Assembly (NCBI GenBank): GCA_013265495.1
Contig: MU058456.1
Location: 558,001-622,000 of the forward strand
Length of the DNA stretch: 64,000 nt
DNA from: Vicugna vicugna
Taxonomy: Eukaryota
Reading direction: 5' to 3'
Shown here piece by piece: positions 51,489-62,600 of this stretch. Made by a program: the position numbers and the translations under genes. Positions within the stretch are counted from its first letter, which is position 1, and each line of letters starts with the position of its first letter. A model generated the notes under the pieces. It searched no databases, was not told the origin of the DNA, and saw nothing but the letters and a program-made list of their open reading frames with translations.

Positions 51489-51613
51489 GGAGGTACCTGC
51501 TTCCCAACCCGGCAGCGGGACCGGCCTGGCCTGCCTCTGCGGAGACGTCCAACCTCGTGCGCATACGCAGCCAGGCCCTGGGCCAGTCGGCACCCTCGCT
51601 GACGGCCAACCTG
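51489..51613 (+). CDS. MAST4: MAST4 internal coding exon (probably exon 3), 125 nt, phase 1 to phase 0: (G)RYLLPNPAAGPAWPASAETSNLVRIRSQALGQSAPSLTANL
   Basis: Branch-like TACTCAC at 51458-51464, acceptor ctcttcaccccaacag| ending at 51488, donor CTG|gtgagt from 51614. G+GG completes the split Gly codon from the previous exon. Contains the MAST-family SNLVRxRxQxLGQSAPSLT motif. Confidence 0.95.
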
Positions 51614-51881
51614 GTGAGTGTGTCCTCGGGCTCAGTCTGTGGTGGGGCGGGTTTGCTCCATCTCGCCACCAACGTTGAGACTGTTCTCATTTTATTGAGT
51701 TGAACTAGGTTTGAACTTAAACTCACATTTAACATTTAACCCAGATTTGGCAGTGTTAAATCTCTTACTTTCAGTGTGCTAATTTTTTCCAAATCCTCCC
51801 AACCTGAGCTGGAATATTTCTGTAAACTTGACTCTGTCTCAACTATTTCCTCAAAAAAAAAAAACCAAAAACTGAAAGTGT

Positions 51882-51976
51882 CATGAGGTTTTGGGTTCAA
51901 TCCCCAGTACCAACATTAAATAAATAAATAAACCCAATTACCTTCCTGGAACAAAACAAAACAAATTTTTAAAAAA
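51882..51976 (+). mobile_element. 5'-truncated lineage SINE
   Basis: catgaggttttgggttcaatccccagtacc plus (TAAA)n; lacks the A box. Confidence 0.8.
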
Positions 51977-51994
51977 TGGAAGTATTTCTAAGCT

Positions 51995-52985
51995 TTTTTT
52001 TTTTCACTTCCTATTTGAAAATAATTTCCCACTTAGAGGAAAATTGCAAGAATAAGACAAATATAGACAATCCCAGTTGATCTTTTGCCTGGGTTCAACT
52101 ATTAACCATTTGCTTTCTCCCTCTCTCTTTATATATGTATGTGTAGATATGTGTGTCTGCACACACATATAAACACACACACACACAATTTTTTTTAACT
52201 CTTTGAGAGGAGGCTGTATATATCATGGCTTTTTCTTATCACAGTAATCAGCTTCATTCAACTTACGCCTTTTAAGCAATTCTGCCATCTGTATTTCAGT
52301 TTTATCAATTGGCCCAATAACGTCCTCTCTAGCATTTTTCCTCCTCCAGTATAGAATCCAGTCTACGATCATGTATTGCATTAATTGTCCTTTAATCCGG
52401 AAACTTTCCACAGCCTTTCTTTGGCTTTTAAGACACTGACATTTTTGCAGGCTATGTGACACTCCCTCTCCCCCATTTTTTAATGGAATGTTTCTCCTAT
52501 TACACGAATGTGATGTGTGTCATTCCTCATGGTGAGCTTCAGGTTTTGTATTTCAGACCAGCGTGTGACGTTGGTGATGCTGTGTCCTTCTAGGTCATGC
52601 CATCTGCATGCACATGATGTCCATCTGCTCCTCATTGTGATGCTAATTTTTTTCACCCAGTTGAGGTGTTGACTAATTTCTCTACTGTAGTCAGAAATTT
52701 CCTCTTGCAGTCAATAAGCATTTGGTGGGAAGATAATTTCAGGCCATGCAAACATGTTTCTCCTCATCAAAAATTTCCTTTAGATTTCATATTCCTTGGT
52801 GATTCTTGCCTGGCCCCTTCTTTTCTATAATCATTAAAAATGGTCATTATTCCAACGCCAGCACTCTCTACATCTACAGCTTGGCACATAGCATAAATAT
52901 TTGTTTATATGTTAGTAGCATGTATTTCTGCATTTTTTTAAAAAAATGTGGACTTTTATTTTTAACCATGATGCTTAATAGAATT
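51995..52985 (-). mobile_element. Old L1MC4-like 3' region
   Basis: tatttgaaaataatttcccacttagaggaaaattgcaagaata...gatcatgtattgcattaattgtcctttaatccggaa...cacatgatgtccatctg. Confidence 0.75.
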
Positions 52986-53224
52986 TCGTTTTCTAGTGAA
53001 CCGTTACGTTTCTGCTTTAACCTTTGGCTCAGCCTAGGTTAGCCAGTCTGTACAAGTTACTTTTGCATTGGTGGTAGGGTTGTGTGGCACAGGAATAGGT
53101 TTTCTCAATATCTTTTAATGATGGTGATGTAAATATGTAAATCAGTGCATTGTGATGCCTTATAATTTTACACATTGGTAATAAACTATGATGGATATTT
53201 GGGAATCATTCAGTAATGTAGAGA

Positions 53225-53375
53225 GATTTGATTTAGATCTAAGTTCTAGTCCTGCTGTTGTCATTAGGTAGCTGTATAAGCTTGAGTGAGCTGCTTAGTT
53301 TCTCAGATTTTATTGCCTCATCTGCAACTGCAGGATGAAAAGGCATATAAACAGTCTCTGGAATTCAACTCTGGA
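53225..53375 (+). mobile_element. MIR fragment
   Basis: agatctaagttctagtcctg...tagctgtataagcttgagtgagctgcttag...gcctcatctgcaa. Confidence 0.55.
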
Positions 53376-54639
53376 ATTCGCTATTGCTAGTTTCAAAATA
53401 ATAAAGATTCTGAATATACTGAATGATTATCCCTAAAAAAGTTTCTTTCAGGATATTTTATGACTTCAAAATTGACTATGAATCTTTAAACCAAAATTCA
53501 GTTTTTTCTTCTCATGAGAATTTTGGGACTTATGTTTTAAAGTACAGTTAAAGTAATGGTAGTTAGCATTTTCCTCCATCCCATCCACAAGTTCGAAGTT
53601 ACTTTTTCTTCTTGGAGAATTTTATTAAAAGCTTATTTTACGGTAAGCATTTACTCCTTAAGGAAAGAGGAAAATTCCTCACAATACGTAATTTCTTATT
53701 TTTTAAATAGAAGTGCTCTTGGGCCATTGCAATATTATTCTGAACACATAAATAGTAATCCTGTATGTTTACTGCCAAGTAAATTCTAATTAAAACAACA
53801 TTGTTACAAAGTAATATATCTAGTCCTGGTTGTCACACACAAAACAGATTCATTGATAAAACACGTTAGGTGATCTAAGATATTTGGGAGTAAGATACAA
53901 AGACAAGGAGAACTATTAATAGAAAACATGAGAGGACCCCCCCTCCAAAGTCTGTCCACTGACATTCTTATCAAAGAGCCACTTAGCTTACCATTTTATT
54001 TATTCTGCGAGTTTTTATAGTGTTACCACAAAAAGCCAACTTAAAATAGTACCTGGCACATGACACTCAAATGTTAGCAGTGTTAATATTTGTGTTACTA
54101 TCACATTATGGGTAAGCTTGGGCACAGAAGCCAGACTGTGATTAACCATTTACAACTGGACAGTGAAGGTTTAAAATGTAACCCTCATATCTTTTCTTCA
54201 GAGGATTCAGTACTTCTAATTGCAGTCTAAAGAAAACTATTTGCAGGCTGTTTGACCAAGTCTTCTGTCCCCCACCTTCTGTTGTATGACGGGCGGCGGC
54301 AGCTGGTGGAGGGCTGCCAGGCAAAGCGCCGTCTTAATTTCTCATTGTTCTGCTGCAATCTGCTCAGGGTTCAGTGTTGTATCACTTATTTCAGTATGTC
54401 CCTCAGTACATGTTAATAACTTTTCTTGCTTTTGGTGCTCCTGGCAGGGCCACTGATCTCTTTATGTTTCTTGGGTCAGACTACATCTAAATTATCTCTG
54501 CCAATTACATCTAACAGATTTGATAGAGAATAGGGCTGAAGAGGTAGACATGTACACCTATTAAAACTTTTTCTTTTCCCTCCCTTTCTTTTGTCTTCCA
54601 AACAAGCCTGATGTTCCTGGAGGTACATTTGTACAAAGA

Positions 54640-54895
54640 ACGTGCTTCACTCTGACCCCTCTCCGCCCAGCTGCTATCCTCACCCCTGTTGTCCCCTTCT
54701 TAGAGCTGTCTGTCCACCTTCCTCCTGACTCAACGTACCATTTATCAGGGTGCATCTTTGTGTTTTTGCCTCCTATTCCCCAGCTAGACTGCAAGCTCCA
54801 GAATGCCTGTCTGCTCTGACTTTCTACTCCCCACTCTTCCTAACACAACACCATGTTGTAGGAGGCGTTCAATAAATAATATTGGTGGAATGGAT
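54640..54895 (+). mobile_element. L2 3' end
   Basis: ctagactgcaagctccagaa...gtaggaggcgttcaataaataatattggtggaatg. Confidence 0.65.
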
Positions 54896-55007
54896 AATTA
54901 TTCATGGAAAGTGATGGATTCCTTTAGTTGTAGAGTGAGAGTAATGATGAGATTCTGTATACTGTGAGGATGTCCTAATTAGAGTAACCATCTAAAACCT
55001 TTTTAAA

Positions 55008-55135
55008 GGGGGAAGGTATAGCTCTGTGATAGAGTACATGCTTAGCATGCACAAGGTCCTGGATTCAATCCCTAGTACCGCCATTTAAAAAAAAAAAACA
55101 CACCTATAGAAATGAATGGTAAATATATTTAAAAA
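55008..55135 (+). mobile_element. Lineage-specific tRNA-derived SINE (camelid type)
   Basis: gggggaaggtatagctctgtgatagagtacatgcttagcatgcacaaggtcctggattcaatccctagtacc plus A tail; imperfect TSD aaaaccttttta / aaaacttttta. Confidence 0.9.
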
Positions 55136-56249
55136 AAAACTTTTTAGTTTTGTCCAGTGTACCTTTTACAATTGTGATTAGGCTTCAAGTCCATGTAATG
55201 GGCCAAATCCTGTTTAGTTCCTCAAAAAATACGGTGACAAAATTGTGAAGAGATGATCAGTGTCCACATGCAAGGAAACTTCCTTAATCTGCTTCTAAGC
55301 CATCCTGCAGTCACACTGGTTTAAATATTTTGTTGATTCTTTGAAGACGGAGGTTGAGGGGATATATGTATTCAAGTGTGGAAAAAATGATAAAATCGAT
55401 ATCAAAGCTGTTTATGTCCAAATGATAGGATTACACTTGATACCACAGAATTTCATGTTTGACACGACAACCTAACATATCGGAAAAGAATAGACCCTCA
55501 ACCTGAGAGGCAGTCAGACGTTAGTAAGATATAAATGAAGGCCCTTGTTGGGGAGGTATGAATTTCAGTAAATGTATGACCTATTGTGATTTAAATGCCA
55601 TAGGCAAGCTTCGAGGTAATGTGAACTACCTTCTCAAGGAGGAGATTAATTCCTCACCGGAAGTAGCTAGTTTTCCTTGGCAATGCTTAATGTAGTGGTG
55701 TTCCCTCTCCCAGACACATTGGGCATTCCAGATAAATGGCATGTTGCCAATTCACCCTGAGTAGCCTAGTAGCTGGCAGAATACATGCTCAGCCTGTGTC
55801 TGCCTGCTGGGACGCCAGCCGGGAGTGCTGATGAAGTGTCAGATGTATACTTTGTGTACATTAATCTGAAGAGGGCAAAACTCATTTCCCCGTTTGCTTC
55901 CTCCATCTTTCTGTCCCTCCCTGCACACTTGGGTAGTTTATCAAAGAAGTCATAGTCGTCAGAAGCAGGGGATTTATACAGATGCTGCTTTCTGGCAAGA
56001 AAGATGGAAATTTCAGGAGGCAAAGCCAGACCAGGGGTAACTTATTTTTCTCTAGGAAAATAAGGTTGTAAGCCTTGAGGATTAAAGTTTAGAAATGGGA
56101 TGTGTGGCCATCAGAAGAAACAGTCACTTCGTTTGTACTTTGGAGTAATGGCTGGATGGCAGGAGCATGGTGAAAATTAATTTCCAGTCTTTTTCTCCAG
56201 TTTTCTGTTTGATTTGAATCACGAGCCTCATCTGTTTTGCTTTTTGTGA

Positions 56250-56535
56250 ACAGCCCCATCACATTCTTTCTTATTGAGGTCTTCCTTGACCATCCTCTTT
56301 GAAAGTGTTTCTCTCTCTACATACCTCACGTATCATTTATTTCACCCACTTTTCTCAGTAGCTTTATCTCCTTCCAATATGCCACATAATTTGCTTATTA
56401 TATATCTCATTACTCTGATCAAAAATTCATGAGGGCAGAGATTTTTTTGTTTTTCTATCTGTTTCCCTGGGGCTTGGAGCAGTGCCTGGCATGCAGTAGG
56501 TGCTCAGTGAAGACTTGTTGAATGCATAAGTGAAT
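56250..56535 (+). mobile_element. L2 3' end
   Basis: catgagggcagagatttt...agcagtgcctggcatgcagtaggtgctcagtgaagacttgttgaatg. Confidence 0.8.
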
Positions 56536-56734
56536 ATATTTCCATTCTGCACATTTGAAGTGTCCTTGAACAGACTGTTTTTTTTTTTATTTTAGTATGT
56601 GTTTAACCTCTTAGGTTTATATTATTTAGCCTAATGAAGAAGTTATTCTTCAAGCCAGAGAGCAGTTAACTTTGGAAACTGTGTTCAGGAATTAAACTCT
56701 ACTGGTTCAGTTGGAGAATGGGAACAAGACAGGA

Positions 56735-56890
56735 ATGCAGAGTGGTTGAGATCACCTCCAGTTTCTACCACTTATTAACTGTGTGAATCTCAGCCTTTTC
56801 ATCTGTGAAATGGGGCTGATGATTGCGGTCCCCTTAGAAGGTTACTGTGAAGAATAAATGAGTGAACTCTTGGGCATTACCTTGCACAGG
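56735..56890 (+). mobile_element. MIR SINE
   Basis: ctaccacttattaactgtgtga...ctcagccttttcatctgtgaaatggggctgat...gtgaagaataaatgag. Confidence 0.75.
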
Positions 56891-57699
56891 ACTTTTCAGT
56901 CAAAAAGTGCTGATGTCAGTGATCCTGGGGTTGGTAGGAAGAAATGTGTCCTGGGGGTTGTCAGCTGGGCTTAGCTGAGACAGTATTCTCAGGAGGGAGG
57001 ACATCAGAGCCTTTGATTTGAGGTAGCAGTTTCACTTAGTTTCCATTAGCTCTTTGCGTGATGGGGGACCAACTGCTTGTTTCTTTCTTCCTCATTTTCA
57101 CTCAGAATTCGTCAACCCGACAAACTGCAAATTATCTTTCTAGAACAGTGAATTGTTTTGAAGGGGGAAGTGCTTTCAAATACTGTTTTTCAATTTTTAG
57201 CATTAGGTTAAACGGTATAATTTTATGTTTCTTTAGTGGCCCTCTTTTGACATTGTATCCATTTCTTGTAATGGAAAAATTACATTTCGTGATGTACTAT
57301 AAATATTAAAACCAAACTATTTAAACTGTAGTAAACTCAAAGAGCCTTGATGAATATTCATCTTTTCCATTTGCAAAAGTGCATTATGAAGAGTCAGGGA
57401 AAATTTACTGAACGTATGCAAAAGTGCGTTTTTCCTTTTTAATTCATTCAGAATGCACCAGTGTAATGTCAGCATTTATTTAGAGTGCAGGCTTTATTTG
57501 CAGTCATTTAATATTATATCAATACTTCATTAGCCTTATAGCTCAAAAACAAAACCCTGAGCCAAAGTCCAACTAGTTAGCTCTGAGAGAGAGTCTGTTA
57601 AATATTGATGGAGGAGCAATTTGAATGCCCTTGGATGAATTGTTTAACAAAAGTTGTAGGATATAGCCATGAATTAGCATTTTTCCTTAGCCATTATGG

Positions 57700-58110
57700 C
57701 TCAATTTAAAGGCTGCGTAATATTCCAGTGTATGGATTTCTCATAATTTATTACACTGTTTCCCCCTTTAGGTTATTTCCAAGTTTTTCCTATTGAAAAT
57801 AATGATAATGAGCAGGCTTTTAATAAGTCATTGTTCATCTCTATATTTTCAGGGTAGTTTCTTGGAAGGGTTACTATGGCAAAAGATATGAGCTTTATGG
57901 AGGTTCTCCATACTTTTGCTGAATTGTTTCTAAGCACAATTTTGTGCTTCCATATATTGAGAAAATATACCTTACTACACTCTGGCCAGCAGCCAGTATT
58001 GTCTTCTTAAAACTCCAAAAAACACCTTTGCTGGTTTGTTAAGTGAAAAATTATCATTCTTTTTTTAAATGTATTTTTTATTTTTAGTAAAGTTGGTATG
58101 GTTTTTGGCC
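57700..58110 (-). mobile_element. Very old L1 (L1ME-like) fragment
   Basis: ggctgcgtaatattccagtgtatgga...ttaggttatttccaagtttttcctattgaaaataatg. Confidence 0.55.
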
Positions 58111-61100
58111 ACATTGAACTCTTACACGAAAGCCCTCAGATAAAGCAAATATGAAATTAGGGTTATCGGTGCTTCCTCCTGTACCTTCTCCCTTCCATTC
58201 CTTAAATCAGCTTACTATACCAACGATTGGTAACCTGTATTTCTCTTGGGATGCAAGAACTGCTGGATGTGATTACAATGTATGTAGCTGAAGGTGTTAT
58301 TCCACAGCTCAGGGTTTTTTTCATCTGGAAAGTAGTAATCTCAATTGTGAAATGGTGCCTTCAGCTGTGGACGTTGTAATCAAAGTCTCAGGAGCACTTG
58401 TGTTCCAGGAGTCATACGTCTCCTAGTTATTACCCTCTGAGCTAGGTTCTGGTGATAGTAATGGGGTGAATTTTCATAGCTCAGTGCTGAAATAGCAGTA
58501 GGGACCCCTGAGCAGATTATTACAGGTCAGGCCTGATCCATGAAGATAGATCTCATTATAAGCTCACCTGTGCCCATCCATGGACAGTCTGGCTTAATAT
58601 GAGTCAGTTAATCAAAGATCAGGTTAAAACTGAACTATAAAATCCTCACTATAATGCGGCTACTGCCTCCGGGAAAGGTAGTCTAAATGTGTGTCCTCAC
58701 TCTAAGCATGCCTGGGTGCCAAAAGAATAATTAACAGAAAACATGTGAAGTACATGATGATTCAGTCTATGAATGATGAACTACTACTTACTTGGGGGGA
58801 GAGATTTTTTTTCTCTGCAATGAAACTCCACCCAGAAGTAGTCACTTAAAACTTTCCATCCTGGTTTCCCCTTCCTTACATTTTTGCAAAAGTTAAAAAA
58901 AGTCTTCATGACTGTTTGTATGTATTGTCCTTCCTGGAAAGGACAGGGTGCCTGCTGGAGTGGCTCTCTGCGTGGGTGTGCCTGGGCAGCCTGATCAAGT
59001 GTGGGCTCGTCATTATGAAAGGCATCTGAGAGTCAGTGAGGTGAATGGCACCTTCAAACACTCTGGGGTTTAATGCATGGAGATGCATGCTCTCTCTTAA
59101 TTACTTACCATCATAGAGGGGAGCAAAACAGATTTATAATAGCAGTATAATGTGTGTGACGGGTGGGGGCTGGGGGAAGGATGGAGGGAGGGATAGGTAG
59201 GTGGGTAAGTAGGTAAGACTGGGGAGGGGAGGAGGAAGGGAGAGAGAAAGCAAGCTTAGCTTTCACTTAACGCTCACTTACCCAACTGGTGTCCCTGTTT
59301 AGGACTTGGCCAACCCGTTCACCAAGCTTTAGGAGACGATCTAGAGAGTGGTGAGTGCTGGCACTTGAGCTGTCTTATCCTCACCGTGTCTTTAGCACCA
59401 CGCCGCTGCCTGGTGTGTACTATTTAGTACTTAGATGATGGTGGTTTATTAACAAATGTCAAGGAGGTCATAATTCCAAGTTTTGATAGTTTCTGAGGCT
59501 CCTGTTGTTTCTGCTTGTTGTTCCAAGGCTCCTGGAGTCCAGATAGTTTGGACGGTTGGGTTGTGAAGGATTTGACTGGGTTGTGTGTCTGGGGAGATGA
59601 CTGAGATAAAGGTGGTGAAGCAGTGACAGCTGCCGTGATGAAGGTGAAGTGGTGGACAGGCCCCTCTCTGGTGGACTCCTGGTGTGACACAGCTTGCCCT
59701 TTCTGGTGTCCTTTTGCCCCTGTGGTAAAATTGCAGCATTGCCAATTTGTTATCTTAATGTAAAAGGGAGTCTGTAGCTCAGAAAACAAGAAATCCGGAA
59801 TAATTACACAGTGGTTTATGGGAGGGAAGGTATTTGGATGTAGTAGTTCCTTTCATGGGAAAAATGAAGGTTTTTTTTTTTTAATTCATAGGCTTCTTGG
59901 GAAATTCTCGATTACTGTGGCTCTGGAAAAGCCCATGTGTTTCAGCACATTTCCTACCTGAATTTTCGATATACTTGGGTGGTCAGTAGAATGAGTATAT
60001 TGGTAATTATTCCTTGGTCATTGGCACCCAAAGTACCAATCTGCCATTGAATTCTGAATCAGTATAGTCTTCATTTATCAGTTAATTGACTATTAATGGA
60101 GTCTTTGGCATAGGTGTTAAAACCCGTGTATACAAGATGGGACACAGGGTCTTGCTTTTTAAGGGACTTCTAAGCTAGTTGACGTAAGCTCCTGGGAAAT
60201 GAGAGGGCAAAGTGGATGATGATTACACGCTGGATAGTTTACAGTGTGAGTATTTATTGACTTAGGGGAATGATGGAGGCTGCAGGTTCTGGAAAGGTGT
60301 CGTTAGGCAAGCTTCAAAGTGTAGTAGAGCTACATACACGGTAGGATGGGGCGGGGCATGGTGGATACTGTGGACGGTGTGGTGTGGACAGTGATGTTTC
60401 TTAACATGATGTTTCTAGAATAGTCAGGATCACATGAAAACTCAGAGGCTCATGGGTATCAGTGATACAATGATTTCTGACTTAATCTGAACCCTAGAAG
60501 ATGACCCAAACTGCCACCACCTATCTCTTAGTGAGAAGAATGTCTGTCTGAGATTGATGGGAAGCCTTCGAGTACCCAATCTGTTGATTTCTTTTTACTT
60601 AGGAAATCTCTCAGGTGGAAAGCCTATTATGTTCAGGTATTTTCGCCATGAGGGAATAAGTCTTTATTTTTGTTAGATCAATGACTAGATGTTAATAATG
60701 GTTTACTGGATTATGGGATCTTTTCTTTGTAATTTGGCACTGTTTTGTTTTGTTTTGTTTTGTTTTTAAGTGAAGAATGAGCCATGTGGCATATCCAGTG
60801 TAGCTATTTGTGATATACTAAATACTTTGTTTTATTGTTCAGGGTGCATCAGCCTCCATTTAAAGAAAACACTTAAACCATGGGTGCCTAGTTAAAGAGA
60901 GTGGGTTTTCTTTTTTCTTTACAAATGTAAATTTTTTTTACAAACGTTTTTACAAATACATAAAAAGGCATAAAGCCCTTGCTTAAGTTTTAGTGATTCT
61001 GACCTCATAGGAGGACTGGTCTGCATTCCAAGCCCTAGTGCTCCTGTAAGTTTGCTTCCTTGGAGCCCTAACTTCTGTTCCTTCTTTCTTTATCTATTTT

Positions 61101-62369
61101 TCTTTGTCTCTCTACCGTCCCGTCCAAGGTGATTCACGACTTAAACTTGAATTGTTCTCCAGATGGTGTATATCCTAACCACCTAAAAATTCATGATACC
61201 ACATTGTTGTTGGCACTGTGGAATTCTACATTCACTAAGTCATGGCTGGGCTTTAATACGTCATAGATTTATTTATACATCTATCCCCAAGAAAACAGGG
61301 GTATACACTTACCATTCTTTTTGCAAGAATGAATGCTCCGAGAAGTCCTGTGAAATCTCTTCATTATGTGAAACCAAATTTGTGTTTCTTTCATTACAGA
61401 TTCCCCTGCTTTGCTTATATAGGTGCTGAGTTAAGTATGTTTATTTCTCTCCTTTGTTTAAGTATGTAAATGTAAGTCAGTTGCTTTTTTGTTGTTGTTC
61501 TTAGACACAAGCAATGATAAGTTTTAGCCTAATAAATAATAAGAACCAGTGATAACATTTTGTCCACCCCTCCCCACCTCCAGCTTTTTACATAGCTCTG
61601 ATGAAAAAGTCATTAAGAAACTTCTGTGTTTTCCCCATTTACTGGAACATCCATCCCCTGACAGATTCATGTGATGGAAGATGGAGGATTTCTTATCTTT
61701 AAGTGCTTCTAAAGTTTGGTAAAATAATGTGGGCAGTAGTGAACCACCTACCATTCCCTAAAGGGTGTTAAGAGTCCTAGTCTAATGCATTTCCTTGCCC
61801 TGGAGAGAAAACGCCTCTCTGTGCAGCTGCCTTCTTTTTGCCTGGCCAGTGCCTCTCTGCACTTCAGCACATGCCCTTCCTCTTCCAGGAAGCTTTCTCT
61901 GATGTCTGTCTCCATCCTCACACCAAGCTGGATTGTATGCACCCTCCTTTGAATTGTGCATATCTGAACCAAAACATTTACTACATGAATTTGTTAGGAT
62001 CTCTTTGCTTGCCTTCTCCCCCTCCCCTTCTCATTTCCAAATGGTCTGATTGCCTAATGAGCCCAGGAAAATAATCTATAACCGATGAGGATGTGAGACA
62101 AAAAGATTTAATTGGGTGGGCTCTTAGAAGTGACAGTAGTTGAACTATCATGGGTTTATATTAGGTCGTGCCTATAAAACCTCTCAACATTTTAATTGAC
62201 CTTTGAGAGCCTTGCTTCTGAAAATGAAGCCTGGAATTGGAGAATTTTATGGATGGAACAGACCTTGGGTCAGCCCTCTCCCCTTGCCTGGAGAGATTTT
62301 GCACTTCAGTGGCCTTTGTCTAAATTGTGATGATTTTTTACAAGCACTTTATTTATAATTTAATTATTG

Positions 62370-62600
62370 TAGGTAGTTCAGAGCATGTGCTCCAGAGTCA
62401 GGGTGCCTGGGTTGGCATCTGGACTTTACCACTTACTACATGGGTGACCTTGACCAAGGAACAGAATGTTCCTGTGCCTCTGAAAAATGGGAGTATTAGT
62501 CGTACCTATGTTACGTGGCTGTTGCTGGAATCAAGTGAGATGGTACGTGTTAAGGCAATTGGAACACACAGGCAGAGCACGAGAACATTAACTATTATCA
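62370..62600 (+). mobile_element. MIR SINE
   Basis: ccagagtcagggtgcctgggtt...accacttactacatgggtgaccttgaccaag...aaaatgggagtattagtcgtacct. Confidence 0.8.
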
